Assembly: GCA_038734945.1 (NCBI GenBank)
Contig: JAVYOA010000009.1
Location: 434,001-498,000 of the forward strand
Length of the DNA: 64,000 nucleotides
Source of the DNA: Fervidicoccaceae archaeon
GTDB lineage: Archaea > Thermoproteota > Thermoprotei_A > Sulfolobales > Fervidicoccaceae
Direction: 5' to 3'
Part shown: one piece after another, positions 20,371 to 30,300 of the stretch
Layout: each line of letters starts with the position of its first letter
Position numbering within the stretch: the first letter of the stretch is position 1
Position numbers and translations under genes: made by a program
The notes under the pieces: model-generated
The model's input: only the letters and a program-made list of their open reading frames with translations
Database searches by the model: none
Told to the model about the DNA's origin: nothing

Positions 20371-20462
20371 ACTTCCCTCACCCCTAAGTTAAATTTATAT
20401 ATATATGCGAGGGGTAATATAAAACGAAATAAATAAATTCGAACAGTAATAGGGTGTGATGA

Positions 20463-23159
20463 ATGAAAAAATTGAAAATTTTACCTATGGTCACTGTAAT
20501 ACTTCTACTGGCTGGAATAATTGCTCCAGTGATAACATCTAATGCACAGACACAGAATTCAATAACACTAGTTGAGTTCAGCTCCACCGGAGGACTCTTT
20601 ATGAGTCCATGGAACCCTGTTCTGGGATTCACGGATATCTACAGCTATCAGCTATGGATACATGTGAGAGAGTGGGGCCTCTATCCAGCACCTGACACTG
20701 GGATGCCTGTGGAAACAACTGCTACATATCAGTACATTGGTAACTACACAGTAAATCCGCAAACAGGCGCCGTAGTTCCATACTTGCCTGTTCCAAGCAC
20801 AGCACTTGTCTTCGATCCATTTACACTCCAGTGGGTTCCAATAAGCCAGGCTGCTGCAAACCAAACATATGTGTCTCTCATCAAATCTAGCGGTGGAGCT
20901 CCTCCAGGATTCCTCCAAACAGTATCCAACTACATCGACAACAATGGCAAAGCACCTGTAGAAATTATCTTCAACTTCGATCAGGTTCCATGGCATGATG
21001 GTATAAACTTCAGCGTCGCTGACGTGCTAGCATGGTTGGCTTTCATGTGGAGATGGTCCACTGATACAAGTATCTTGACAAACCAAACAGATCAATATTA
21101 CGATGAGACATTCTCATCTCAGTATGGTCCCGTAATAGGAATGTATGAAGGAGTTCAAATTATTAATGATACTGCTATAGCGGTGTACACAAACTATGTT
21201 GATGTTGATCCATCTCTAATAGCTTACAGCGTAATTCCATATCCAGGAGTTCCCTACGATTTGCTTGCAGCAATGGAGTATGCTGTTATGAACAGCACAA
21301 ACCTATGGTGGCAGAGCACTACAACCTCCAGAGGAACAATGACTGGAATCGATATGTTGGTTAATGCTCCAGAGATAAAGGCTGCTGCCCAGGCACTAAC
21401 TCCATCTCTCGTTTACTACTTCAATGGCCTCTCAAAATATGGTTACAACTATGGAAATGATCTGCAAAAGAGAACAAGTGCTCTTGTTGCTTGGATAAAC
21501 GCTCATGGAAATGCAGTGGTTAGCAATGGTCCGTTCTATGTTGATCAGTACAATGCTCAATCAAATACAATGGTTCTTAAGAGCAGAACATTCCTTGGAC
21601 TCTCTAAAATAAAGTACCATTACAAGAATTTAGTTGTTCCCCAGTTAGACCAAATATTTGTAGAATCAATGACAACTGAGGATGCTGCAATTCAGGCAGT
21701 GAAGAGTGGAACGGCTGATATATTCTTCTATAGCGAGCCTATCAATAAGATAGGTACAGTTCCTCCCACAGTAACATTAATACCAACAACAACAACATAC
21801 AACGATTTGGGAATTAATCCAGTTAGCAACGTATATGATCCAACAGCTCCTGGTACAATTCCATTGAAGGGCTTCTCCCTAAACGGCACAGTGCTTCCTG
21901 GACTTGTGCTATATGATCCTAGCACTGTCCTGGGAATTGACCTCTCCAAGTACGGACATCCTGATTGGGTTCCATTCAATCTGCTCAACCTCACAGTAAT
22001 GAAAGATCCGCACTTCCAGTTCAATCCAATGGGAATAGAAGGAGTTAGATTTGCATTGAACCTGCTAATTAACAGGAACTCCCTAGTACAGAACATCTAC
22101 CAGGGAAGCGCTGTTCCAATGCTCAGTGCCATTGTTCCAGGCTCCCCTGCTTACAAGGCTTTCAACATAAGTAAATATGAGCAAATGGTAGGCCTATATC
22201 CAAGTGGAGACATAAATGCAGCTGTTGCGCTATATAATCAATCAATAGCTTCAGCAAACCAAACACTGAATAAATATGGCTTCTCTCTGAAATACATACC
22301 TGACTCCACTAATACACCTTGGCTAACTTTGATTCTTCCTGATGGAACACAGAAAACTGTAACGATATACTTTGAAGTGAGAGGAGACGATCCATTCAGA
22401 AAAGCCATTGGTGACCAGGTCACTACATGGATACAGCAATACTTCCACATAAAAGTGAACGAAGAATACATACAGAGAAAGACCGCCAATACAAATGTCT
22501 ATGGTACCGACTTGGCATCATTCAGCTTTGGATCTCATCCGTGGACAATCTACACGGAAGGATGGGTAGCTAACTATGATGAGCCAATATACTTTTCAAG
22601 ATATGATGTCGCCCAGATGTATGCGCCATTCACATACGGCTTCCAGCCAACTCCAGCAAATCCAAAACAGTGGTATCTTTGGAATCAGACAATATATGGG
22701 CTTGGGCAGAGCCTAGCTTTCGGCATATATCCGCCGCAGCAAGTTGACAAGCTGATCAATGATATTATAACATTGGACATGATGGGGATGCAGCAGTCCC
22801 TAAGAGTATTCTTGACTCAGGGTCTACAGTACTACATGGTAAACGGTGCTAAAGTAGCTATTCCCATGTATGGTGTGCAGACAGGACTTGGAAGCATATG
22901 GGCTCTCAATACCGCCTATGTAATAGGTGCTACTACAACTACTACAACACCACCACCTCCAACAACAACGACTACCACACCGATACCAACCACAACAACT
23001 CCAACAACAACACCACCAACAACAACCCCAACTACTACAACAACTACTACAACAACTGCCGCACCTAGTGGAATGTCAACAGCTGAATTGGCAGGTCTGG
23101 TCATAGTCATCATAATAATAATAGCTGCTTTAGCGTATTCATTCATGAGAAAGAAATAA
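20463..23159 (+). CDS. ABC transporter substrate-binding protein, oligopeptide/family 5
   Basis: Signal peptide, WHDG...SVADV, SNGPFYV, VRFALNLLINR; Thr-rich linker, C-terminal TM helix and basic tail; followed by opp/dpp-type genes. Confidence 0.88.
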   Translation: MKKLKILPMVTVILLLAGIIAPVITSNAQTQNSITLVEFSSTGGLFMSPWNPVLGFTDIYSYQLWIHVREWGLYPAPDTGMPVETTATYQYIGNYTVNPQTGAVVPYLPVPSTALVFDPFTLQWVPISQAAANQTYVSLIKSSGGAPPGFLQTVSNYIDNNGKAPVEIIFNFDQVPWHDGINFSVADVLAWLAFMWRWSTDTSILTNQTDQYYDETFSSQYGPVIGMYEGVQIINDTAIAVYTNYVDVDPSLIAYSVIPYPGVPYDLLAAMEYAVMNSTNLWWQSTTTSRGTMTGIDMLVNAPEIKAAAQALTPSLVYYFNGLSKYGYNYGNDLQKRTSALVAWINAHGNAVVSNGPFYVDQYNAQSNTMVLKSRTFLGLSKIKYHYKNLVVPQLDQIFVESMTTEDAAIQAVKSGTADIFFYSEPINKIGTVPPTVTLIPTTTTYNDLGINPVSNVYDPTAPGTIPLKGFSLNGTVLPGLVLYDPSTVLGIDLSKYGHPDWVPFNLLNLTVMKDPHFQFNPMGIEGVRFALNLLINRNSLVQNIYQGSAVPMLSAIVPGSPAYKAFNISKYEQMVGLYPSGDINAAVALYNQSIASANQTLNKYGFSLKYIPDSTNTPWLTLILPDGTQKTVTIYFEVRGDDPFRKAIGDQVTTWIQQYFHIKVNEEYIQRKTANTNVYGTDLASFSFGSHPWTIYTEGWVANYDEPIYFSRYDVAQMYAPFTYGFQPTPANPKQWYLWNQTIYGLGQSLAFGIYPPQQVDKLINDIITLDMMGMQQSLRVFLTQGLQYYMVNGAKVAIPMYGVQTGLGSIWALNTAYVIGATTTTTTPPPPTTTTTTPIPTTTTPTTTPPTTTPTTTTTTTTTAAPSGMSTAELAGLVIVIIIIIAALAYSFMRKK
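22932..23057 (+). repeat. Low-complexity Thr/Pro codon repeat (ACA/ACT/CCA) encoding the SBP linker
   Basis: Encodes TTTTTTPPPPTTTTTTPIPTTTTPTTTPPTTTPTTTTTTTTT immediately before the membrane anchor. Confidence 0.85.
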
Positions 23160-23292
23160 CTTAATGTTTAACAAAACATAAAAATATCTTTTTTTAATCA
23201 AATTTTTCTTAAAGTTAATATGTAAATTAGATTTTAGAAAAAAGCTTTATATATAACTAGTATGATTTTCTCTTAAGAAAAAATAAAGGCGG

Positions 23293-24411
23293 TTGAAGGA
23301 AATGCCTGGCCTCGGAAGAACAATTGCTGTCCAAATTGCAAGCAATGTAGCAGCTCTAATTATAATAGTTGCCATAATTTCAGCACTACTTGTCTTCTAT
23401 AGCCAAACTGTGCTTCAGGGAGTTGTAATAGAGATGGTTCAAGACTATGCTCGGCAGCTTGCAAGGAATCCAACAATTTCTCCGGAGCAGAGACAGCAAC
23501 TGCTTGACATGTACCAAGAATCTTTGATGGTTCGCTTTGGATTGGTTGGTAATCCAGTATCCAGAGTATACCACATGATGCTGAATGTGCTAACACTCAA
23601 TCTGGGGAATTCAAGGCAAATCTACATGGGGGGATCCTTTTCAATACAGTCCCAGGTTCTATTTGCCCTCAAAAACACTATCATTTTGTTCCTAACTGCT
23701 ACATTAATATCAACATTAATAGGGCTGGCGCTTGGTCTCTATGCTGCTCAAAGGCCCCATGGGATAGTTGACAGCCTCGTTTCATTCTTCGCAATCCTCT
23801 CATCGAGCCTTCCCATGTGGTGGGTAGGAATGATGTTGCTTCTTATTTTCGCTTTCTGGCATCACTGGTTCCCAACTCAGAGCCTTCCAGTCTACTTTGC
23901 TATACAGCAGTTATCTAATGCTTATAAAGCGGGTTCAATAACAACGATTACTTATGTACTCGAATATCTGAAGACCTGGCTCTACTATATGGCTCTTCCT
24001 CTCATAACGGTAGTATTGGTCAGCATCGGAGGATGGGCCTATATAGTGAGAAACGTTGTCATAGGAAAAATGGCAGAAGACTTCGTGATGACTGCAAGAG
24101 CAAAGGGACTCTCAGAGAGAAAAGTGCTATTTGGGCATGTCTTGAGAGCAGCGAGTCCTCCAATAGTAACAACAGCAGTGCTCAACATAATAGTGAGCTT
24201 AGGAGGAGCAATAATTACCGAAACAGTATTCGGTTGGCCTGGCATGGGAATGTTATTTTGGATAGCTATTTCCAACAGCGAGCCCATGCTAATAGCAGGA
24301 AACGTTTACATAACAGTTCTCCTGTTCATTATAGCAGTCATCATTCTCAATATCCTATACGTGTTCCTTGATCCAAGAATAAAGACGTCTGGTGGACAAC
24401 AGATATTCTGA
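23293..24411 (+). CDS. Oligopeptide ABC transporter permease (OppB/DppB-like)
   Basis: EDFVMTARAKGLSER EAA-loop, ITETVFGWPGMG. Confidence 0.92.
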   Translation: MKEMPGLGRTIAVQIASNVAALIIIVAIISALLVFYSQTVLQGVVIEMVQDYARQLARNPTISPEQRQQLLDMYQESLMVRFGLVGNPVSRVYHMMLNVLTLNLGNSRQIYMGGSFSIQSQVLFALKNTIILFLTATLISTLIGLALGLYAAQRPHGIVDSLVSFFAILSSSLPMWWVGMMLLLIFAFWHHWFPTQSLPVYFAIQQLSNAYKAGSITTITYVLEYLKTWLYYMALPLITVVLVSIGGWAYIVRNVVIGKMAEDFVMTARAKGLSERKVLFGHVLRAASPPIVTTAVLNIIVSLGGAIITETVFGWPGMGMLFWIAISNSEPMLIAGNVYITVLLFIIAVIILNILYVFLDPRIKTSGGQQIF

Positions 24412-24430
24412 TTGGTGGGGGAAGAAGGGC

Positions 24431-25903
24431 ATGAGTAGAAGAACAACAGCTTCTGGTTTCAGAAGATTTCTCAATGATATGAAAAGGTCAAGAGTAGGTA
24501 TTGTGGGACTTTCTCTCATGACATTGTTCATTTTGCTTGCTGTTTTCTTCCCTTATATAGGAAACATGGAGGATATCAAAAATTGGAACAACCTGCAGTA
24601 CTGGCAGGACAATCCCAAAGCAGTTCCTCCCTGCTGGGCAGTGAGCAACGTCTTTAAAACTGTATCTATACATGGCAACGAGCCTTCCAGCGATTTGGGA
24701 ATAGAGAGAGGAGAGTTCGACAATTTCACGTTCATTTCATACTCTTTTCTATACACATTGGAAAATGTTCCTCCAAAGGAGATAATACTGAATTTTAATG
24801 CCTCGTATTCGAAGCCAACTTACATTTTAATAGAGTTGCATAGACCCGATAACACAACCCTCTTTCTCACAGGAAACCCTGCTGAAGGAGAATATACTTC
24901 AGTCATGAACATTTTCGGGGTTGATCCTAACAAGTACACAGGAACATTGAGGATTCCTCTATCGACATATACTAACAATATGCTTACAGTAAATCAATAT
25001 ATAGGTCCATGGCTGCAGGCTAACAATATAACTGTTCAGCCTCAAGACCTCTTTAGGCTACCCAGTGTGGCTTTTAATGTAATACATGCTGTTCTCTCTC
25101 CAAATTTGCTGAAAAGCACAAACTTCACTTATCTCAGCGGTACCTATAACTTAACAGTAATGTTATACAGCAAGGATCCAAACATGACTGCAAGTCTAAA
25201 GTCCTTTACTGCCCTAGGTGGTTGCTACGGAATTTTTGGCACTGACAATGCTGGCAGAGACCTATGGATGGGTCTCCTCTATGGAATTAGATGGGCATTA
25301 ATAATAGGATTCAGTGTGAGCGTTGTATCAGTTCTTTTAGGAGGAATCTATGGCGTAATAGGAGGATATTTCGGAGGAAAAACCGATGAAGTAATGCTCA
25401 GAACTGCTCAGATATTTTACTCTATACCTATACTTCCAATCCTAATTTTATTAGCGATAATATTTAGGCCATCTATATGGAATGTGATAAGCATGCTGAT
25501 TATCTTTGGATGGCCTTCTACAGCTATAGTAACAAGAAGCATGGCCCTCCAGATTAAGGAGGAGACCTATGTAGAGGCCGCAAAGGCTCTTGGTGCTACA
25601 TCTTCCAGAATTCTGCTCAGATACATATTTCCCCAGGTTCTACCATATTTATTTGCCAGCATTGCTCTAAGCGTGCCAGGAGCTATACTAACTGAAGCAA
25701 GCCTCAGCTTTCTCGGCCTAGGTGACCCAAGCATTGTTACTTGGGGGAGGATTTTGAATGAAGCTGAAATTGCTGGAGCTACTATAAATGGATATTGGTG
25801 GTGGGTTCTGCCGCCTGGTCTCATGATAACAGTTGTGGGCATGACATTCATATTCATTGGGCAGGCACTGGATCTAATACTTAATCCAAAGTTGAGGAGG
25901 TGA
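24431..25903 (+). CDS. Oligopeptide ABC transporter permease (OppC/DppC-like) with large extracellular insertion
   Basis: FGTDNAGRDL, YVEAAKALGA, EASLSFLGLG, WWWVLPPG. Start placed at ATG 24431 (track 24392). Confidence 0.92.
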   Translation: MSRRTTASGFRRFLNDMKRSRVGIVGLSLMTLFILLAVFFPYIGNMEDIKNWNNLQYWQDNPKAVPPCWAVSNVFKTVSIHGNEPSSDLGIERGEFDNFTFISYSFLYTLENVPPKEIILNFNASYSKPTYILIELHRPDNTTLFLTGNPAEGEYTSVMNIFGVDPNKYTGTLRIPLSTYTNNMLTVNQYIGPWLQANNITVQPQDLFRLPSVAFNVIHAVLSPNLLKSTNFTYLSGTYNLTVMLYSKDPNMTASLKSFTALGGCYGIFGTDNAGRDLWMGLLYGIRWALIIGFSVSVVSVLLGGIYGVIGGYFGGKTDEVMLRTAQIFYSIPILPILILLAIIFRPSIWNVISMLIIFGWPSTAIVTRSMALQIKEETYVEAAKALGATSSRILLRYIFPQVLPYLFASIALSVPGAILTEASLSFLGLGDPSIVTWGRILNEAEIAGATINGYWWWVLPPGLMITVVGMTFIFIGQALDLILNPKLRR

Positions 25904-26892
25904 AGAATGTGCCGACTGTTCTAGAAGTCAATAATCTCAGCACGAGCTATTTAACCTTCAGAGGGACTGTGAAAGCTGTTGAAAAGGCAAACTTGAAATT
26001 GGAGAAGGAGGAGATTTTGGGCATAGCTGGGGAAAGCGGTTGCGGAAAATCCACTCTCGCATGGAGCATCATGGGTCTCGTTCCCCCTCCTGGAAAAGTA
26101 GTTGAGGGATCTGTCAAAATCGAGGGAATCGATGTTCTCAGCCTTTCAGAAGCAGAGAGAAGAAGGAAAATTCTTTGGGAAAAAATCAGCATGGTATTCC
26201 AGGGGGCAATAAACTCTCTCAATCCAGTCTACACAGTTGGCTATCAATTGGCTGAGCCCTTCATTTATCATAGAAACTACAGTAAGAAAGAGGCAATGGA
26301 AAAGGTCACAGATCTTCTGAAAATGGTTGGCCTCAATCCGGAAATTGCAAAGCGCTACCCGCATGAGCTAAGTGGTGGGATGAAGCAAAGAGCAGTGATT
26401 GCTATGGCCTTAGCACTTGAGCCTACTGTAGTTATAGCTGATGAGCCAACAACAGCTCTGGACGTTGTAATTCAATCTCAGATTCTGAATTTGATGAAAA
26501 AACTTAAGCAGGAGAAAAAGTTGAGCTTTATATTAATAACTCATGATATGAGTGTAATTGCTGAAATGGCGGACAAAGTAGCCATAATGTATGCTGGAAG
26601 AATTGTTGAGTATGGGCCATCAGATATAGTCTTCAATAGACCCTATCACCCGTACACGATGGCTCTCATAAGGAGTATTCCAAGACTTAGAGGACCCATC
26701 GAAAAACTTCAATATATTCCAGGAGAGCCTCCCAATCTGATAAATGTTCCCCCTGGATGCAAGTTCAATCCAAGATGTCAATATGTAATGGATATATGCA
26801 GAAAAGAGGAGCCTGACTATATAGAAGTTGAAAAGAATCACTTCGTTAGATGCTGGTTATATGAGAAAGGAAGAAAGATGGGGGGTAATTAA
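25900..26892 (+). CDS. Oligopeptide ABC transporter ATPase (OppD/DppD-like)
   Basis: GESGCGKS, LSGGMKQR, ADEPTTALD, C-terminal GCKFNPRC. Confidence 0.94.
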   Translation: MKNVPTVLEVNNLSTSYLTFRGTVKAVEKANLKLEKEEILGIAGESGCGKSTLAWSIMGLVPPPGKVVEGSVKIEGIDVLSLSEAERRRKILWEKISMVFQGAINSLNPVYTVGYQLAEPFIYHRNYSKKEAMEKVTDLLKMVGLNPEIAKRYPHELSGGMKQRAVIAMALALEPTVVIADEPTTALDVVIQSQILNLMKKLKQEKKLSFILITHDMSVIAEMADKVAIMYAGRIVEYGPSDIVFNRPYHPYTMALIRSIPRLRGPIEKLQYIPGEPPNLINVPPGCKFNPRCQYVMDICRKEEPDYIEVEKNHFVRCWLYEKGRKMGGN

Positions 26893-26894
26893 CG

Positions 26895-28046
26895 ATGGCC
26901 GAGAGAAAGATGATAGAAGAAGTATTTGAGAACAAGAAGGACTATCTTCTGATGGTTGAAGATCTGAAAGTATGGTTCCCAATAAGAAGAGGAATTACAG
27001 ACATAATAAGGAGGATGCCTCAAAGATATGTAAGAGCAGTGGATTCTGTTTCTTTCTTCATAAAGGAGAGGGAAACTTTCTGCTTGGCTGGAGAGAGTGG
27101 ATGCGGGAAAACCACAACTGGGAAGTCACTGCTGCGCCTAGTTCCCATCACTGCAGGGATGGCTCTATTTAGAGCTAGAAGCGAAACAATTGAATCCCTG
27201 AGAAAAATGGGAGTAGACGTAGATGGTAAGGATTATGTTGACATATACTCCATACCAGCGAAGAAGATGAAGCCAGTTAGAAAAGATATACAAATTGTAT
27301 ATCAAGATCCGTATGGTAGCCTTAACCCAAGATATAAAATTATTGACATACTCTCTGAGCCTCTTAATATACATGACTTTCAGCTGACCCAAGAGGAGAA
27401 AGTAGAGCTTGTACACAAAGTTCTTGAAACAGTAAAGCTCAGACCTCCAGAAGACTTCGTTGAGAGATATCCTCATCAGCTATCAGGAGGACAGAGACAG
27501 AGAATTGCAATAGCAAAGGCAATCATAATGAATCCGAAGCTAGTCGTAGCTGATGAGCCAGTTTCTATGCTTGATGCTTCAATAAGAGCGGAAATGCTGG
27601 AGCTGCTGCAGACAATCAAACAGGAAAGAAATCTCAGCTACCTCTTCATAACACACGACTTGGCAGTTTCCAGATACATATGTGATAGGATAGCTATAAT
27701 GTATCTGGGAAGAATTGTGGAGATGGGAGAGACAAGAAGAGTTATAGAGAATCCACTCCACCCATACACTAGAGCGCTAGTAGCGGCAATTCCGGAACCA
27801 GACCCTTCGAACAGGCACAAGCTAAGGGATGTCCCAATAAAAGGAGAAATTCCAAGTGCGGCTAGCATCCCTCTTGGATGCAGATTCCATCCCCGATGCA
27901 TGGCATTTGATGAGAGGTACGAGGCCCTCAAGGACAAATGTCCCGTTCAGGATCCTCCATACTTCATTTCCGATGATGGGAGAATTGTAAATTGTTGGAT
28001 CTATCAAAATTGGAGGAAAAGAGAAAAAGGGCAAGAATTTCTCTAG
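26895..28046 (+). CDS. Oligopeptide ABC transporter ATPase (OppF/DppF-like)
   Basis: GESGCGKT, LSGGQRQR, ADEPVSMLD, GCRFHPRC. Confidence 0.94.
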   Translation: MAERKMIEEVFENKKDYLLMVEDLKVWFPIRRGITDIIRRMPQRYVRAVDSVSFFIKERETFCLAGESGCGKTTTGKSLLRLVPITAGMALFRARSETIESLRKMGVDVDGKDYVDIYSIPAKKMKPVRKDIQIVYQDPYGSLNPRYKIIDILSEPLNIHDFQLTQEEKVELVHKVLETVKLRPPEDFVERYPHQLSGGQRQRIAIAKAIIMNPKLVVADEPVSMLDASIRAEMLELLQTIKQERNLSYLFITHDLAVSRYICDRIAIMYLGRIVEMGETRRVIENPLHPYTRALVAAIPEPDPSNRHKLRDVPIKGEIPSAASIPLGCRFHPRCMAFDERYEALKDKCPVQDPPYFISDDGRIVNCWIYQNWRKREKGQEFL

Positions 28047-28624
28047 AAATCTCTGTTCAACCCCTCAGGAATTTTTATTTCTCCCCTTTTCAGAAGTAGG
28101 TTCATCATGTTCTGAAAATGAGAGAGAGATTTGTCCATAAATGCAATTGAATCGTTTTCGAGTTTTACGGGAAGCTTTATGAGTTCTCCAACCTGAATTT
28201 TGCTTCCTTCTGGAAGCAGCTCCTCATACAGAGCTTCTAGGAGAAAACCTCTCTTACCAGATACATCATAATTAAACCCATATCCCGCTAATCCTCCAAA
28301 AATCAATCTATTCATTTCTGAACGAAGGAATTTCAGAGTAAATCCTCTTTCAATCTCCTTCTCTTTACCCTTTATAGCCAAGTATCCTTCCCTCAAAAAG
28401 CTTTCGAGGGAGCTAGCTTCAAAGCAAATACCAGTCAAAGCTTCCCAAGATTCACTCGATGGTTTCCATTGGTCTGAGATCTTTTGAACCAAGAAGATTC
28501 TCTTTTCCGGGGGAAGCTGACATATGAGCCCATTCTCTATAATATACCTTCTTCTATTTCCCTTTACATTGACATAAAATGTAATTGCATTTAAGCCTCC
28601 AGTCTTACTACTCATGTGCTTCAC
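28043..28624 (-). CDS. Hypothetical protein
   Basis: 193-aa ORF occupying the gap; no motif recognised. Confidence 0.6.
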   Translation of the reverse strand: MKHMSSKTGGLNAITFYVNVKGNRRRYIIENGLICQLPPEKRIFLVQKISDQWKPSSESWEALTGICFEASSLESFLREGYLAIKGKEKEIERGFTLKFLRSEMNRLIFGGLAGYGFNYDVSGKRGFLLEALYEELLPEGSKIQVGELIKLPVKLENDSIAFMDKSLSHFQNMMNLLLKRGEIKIPEGLNRDF

Positions 28625-28744
28625 TACTATTAAACTAATTTAATTGCTGAGTATTTTTTATTTACTATGAATTTCGATGTGAAGCTCCATATAGATTTTC
28701 CAAAAATATGCAAATTCTAATAAAGGGAGATTGTAGATCGCTCA

Positions 28745-29467
28745 ATGGAAGAGGATAGGAAGATGCTAGAAAATATAGGAAGCCTAGTGGCGCAGTATGG
28801 ACTTCTCGGTGTATTCTTGGCTAGCTTTATTGGAAACGCAATTCCCTACTCTGCTGTTCCCTATGTGGCATTCATACTGGCATATGGAGCCATGTACAAT
28901 GTTACAAACTATCTCCTTCTATCGTTGATAGGTGGTGGGGGAGCTACATTGGGAAAAATTGTAATATTTCTAGCAGCGAGGATCGGAAGAAAAAAGATGT
29001 CGAAGGAAAGAAAGGAAAACGTAGATTACTTTCTATCCTTAATGAAAAAGAAGTATTTTGGCTTTTTACTGATAATTCTATTCGCACTCACTCCGCTTCC
29101 CGATGATGTTATATATGTTCCGCTCGGCATAGCTGGATACACATTTCTGAACTTTCTAGTTGGAGTCTTCATAGGCAAATTCTTTCTAGTTTTTCTAATT
29201 CTTCTGCTCGGGAAAAGTGCATATTCAATTCTAGAATTATCGCTGAATTCTCACTATGTTTGGATAGGAATTGTTTTCCTGCTATTGGCAACTTTTTATC
29301 TTATTCTCATAGTCTTTTATCTTGATTGGAAGGGCGTGATAACTACCCTCTCTGAAAAAGGGACGATTCAAGCTATAAAACAATTCATCGAGGAAGCCGT
29401 TCAGATCATAACATTCAGACACAGAAACATTAGGAAAAAGTTCCTCAAAAATCGTGTAAAGAATTGA
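28745..29467 (+). CDS. DedA/VTT (SNARE-associated) membrane protein
   Basis: Multiple TM helices; GATLGK and FALTPLPDD motifs. Confidence 0.8.
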   Translation: MEEDRKMLENIGSLVAQYGLLGVFLASFIGNAIPYSAVPYVAFILAYGAMYNVTNYLLLSLIGGGGATLGKIVIFLAARIGRKKMSKERKENVDYFLSLMKKKYFGFLLIILFALTPLPDDVIYVPLGIAGYTFLNFLVGVFIGKFFLVFLILLLGKSAYSILELSLNSHYVWIGIVFLLLATFYLILIVFYLDWKGVITTLSEKGTIQAIKQFIEEAVQIITFRHRNIRKKFLKNRVKN

Positions 29468-29486
29468 TGAGCGTTTATGATTTTTG

Positions 29487-29804
29487 CTAGAACTCTCCTT
29501 TCTCTATCTTTTCAAGAGCGAGCTTCTTTGCTGCTTGAAAGTCCAGCTGAAAGCTTGAATCGAGGGGGATTTCATGTAGCAATGGTCTTATGCTACCATC
29601 AATCAGCTCCACCAAAAGTTGCGGAAGTCCTGCCATTCCGAATTCATCGGTTACGCCATGCTCTATTGCAAAAACATAGTCCTCAATCTTTATTTCAAGC
29701 TCAACCCCAAGCAGCGAAGAAAGCTCCTTTGACATTTCCACCCATTGCTTATGATATGGGTGATGCTCAGCAGTGACTAATATGAGCTTTTTTACCTGCA
29801 CCAT
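29487..29804 (-). CDS. Conserved hypothetical protein, possible thioredoxin-like fold without CxxC
   Basis: LVTAEHHPYH...EDY...DEFGMAGLPQL pattern; sits at the end of the HMGS cluster. Confidence 0.6.
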   Translation of the reverse strand: MVQVKKLILVTAEHHPYHKQWVEMSKELSSLLGVELEIKIEDYVFAIEHGVTDEFGMAGLPQLLVELIDGSIRPLLHEIPLDSSFQLDFQAAKKLALEKIEKGEF

Positions 29805-29881
29805 TTTCTTCCACCTAGCGAGTTGCTGTGAAAAAATTGCAAAACTGCTCTTAATATTAATATCTCAATTTACTACCTTCA

Positions 29882-30292
29882 TCAATATTTCTTAGGTCTG
29901 AATTTCAAAGCATAGTAGATTAGTCCTGTGCTTCCATCCTCTTTTACCCTCCGAAACACCGCTTCGACTTCAATCCCTTCTTTCAGCTCCTGATCGTTCA
30001 GGACATCGACTATTTGAGCCATCACCTTTATCTCTCCAAGTTGAACAAGCCCAAGGTAAATCGGCCTCTCATTTACGAAACCGATTGGGACTTCGTACAG
30101 CTTTGTCCAAGAAATTAACTTCCCCTCTCTGGGTGGAGTGAGAATATCAACATCTCTGGAACCGCACTTCGAGCATGTGTGCTTTGGTGGAAACATGGCA
30201 TTGCCGCATTTTTTGCATTTAGAATACGAAAAAGTGTAATGAACCATTCTGTTTCTCCAGAATCTTGAAATGGATAGCCTTTCCATCTTCAA
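29882..30292 (-). CDS. DUF35 Zn-ribbon/OB-fold scaffold protein
   Basis: CKKCG..MFPP...CSKCG, G.EVEAVFRR, GLIYYALKFRP; clustered with thiolase and HMGS. Confidence 0.92.
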   Translation of the reverse strand: MKMERLSISRFWRNRMVHYTFSYSKCKKCGNAMFPPKHTCSKCGSRDVDILTPPREGKLISWTKLYEVPIGFVNERPIYLGLVQLGEIKVMAQIVDVLNDQELKEGIEVEAVFRRVKEDGSTGLIYYALKFRPKKY

Positions 30293-30300
30293 ACAACCTC

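Noticed and set aside
22932..23057. ACA/ACT repeat as a CRISPR array or microsatellite contingency locus
   Set aside because: It is a degenerate in-frame Thr/Pro linker, common in crenarchaeal solute-binding proteins.
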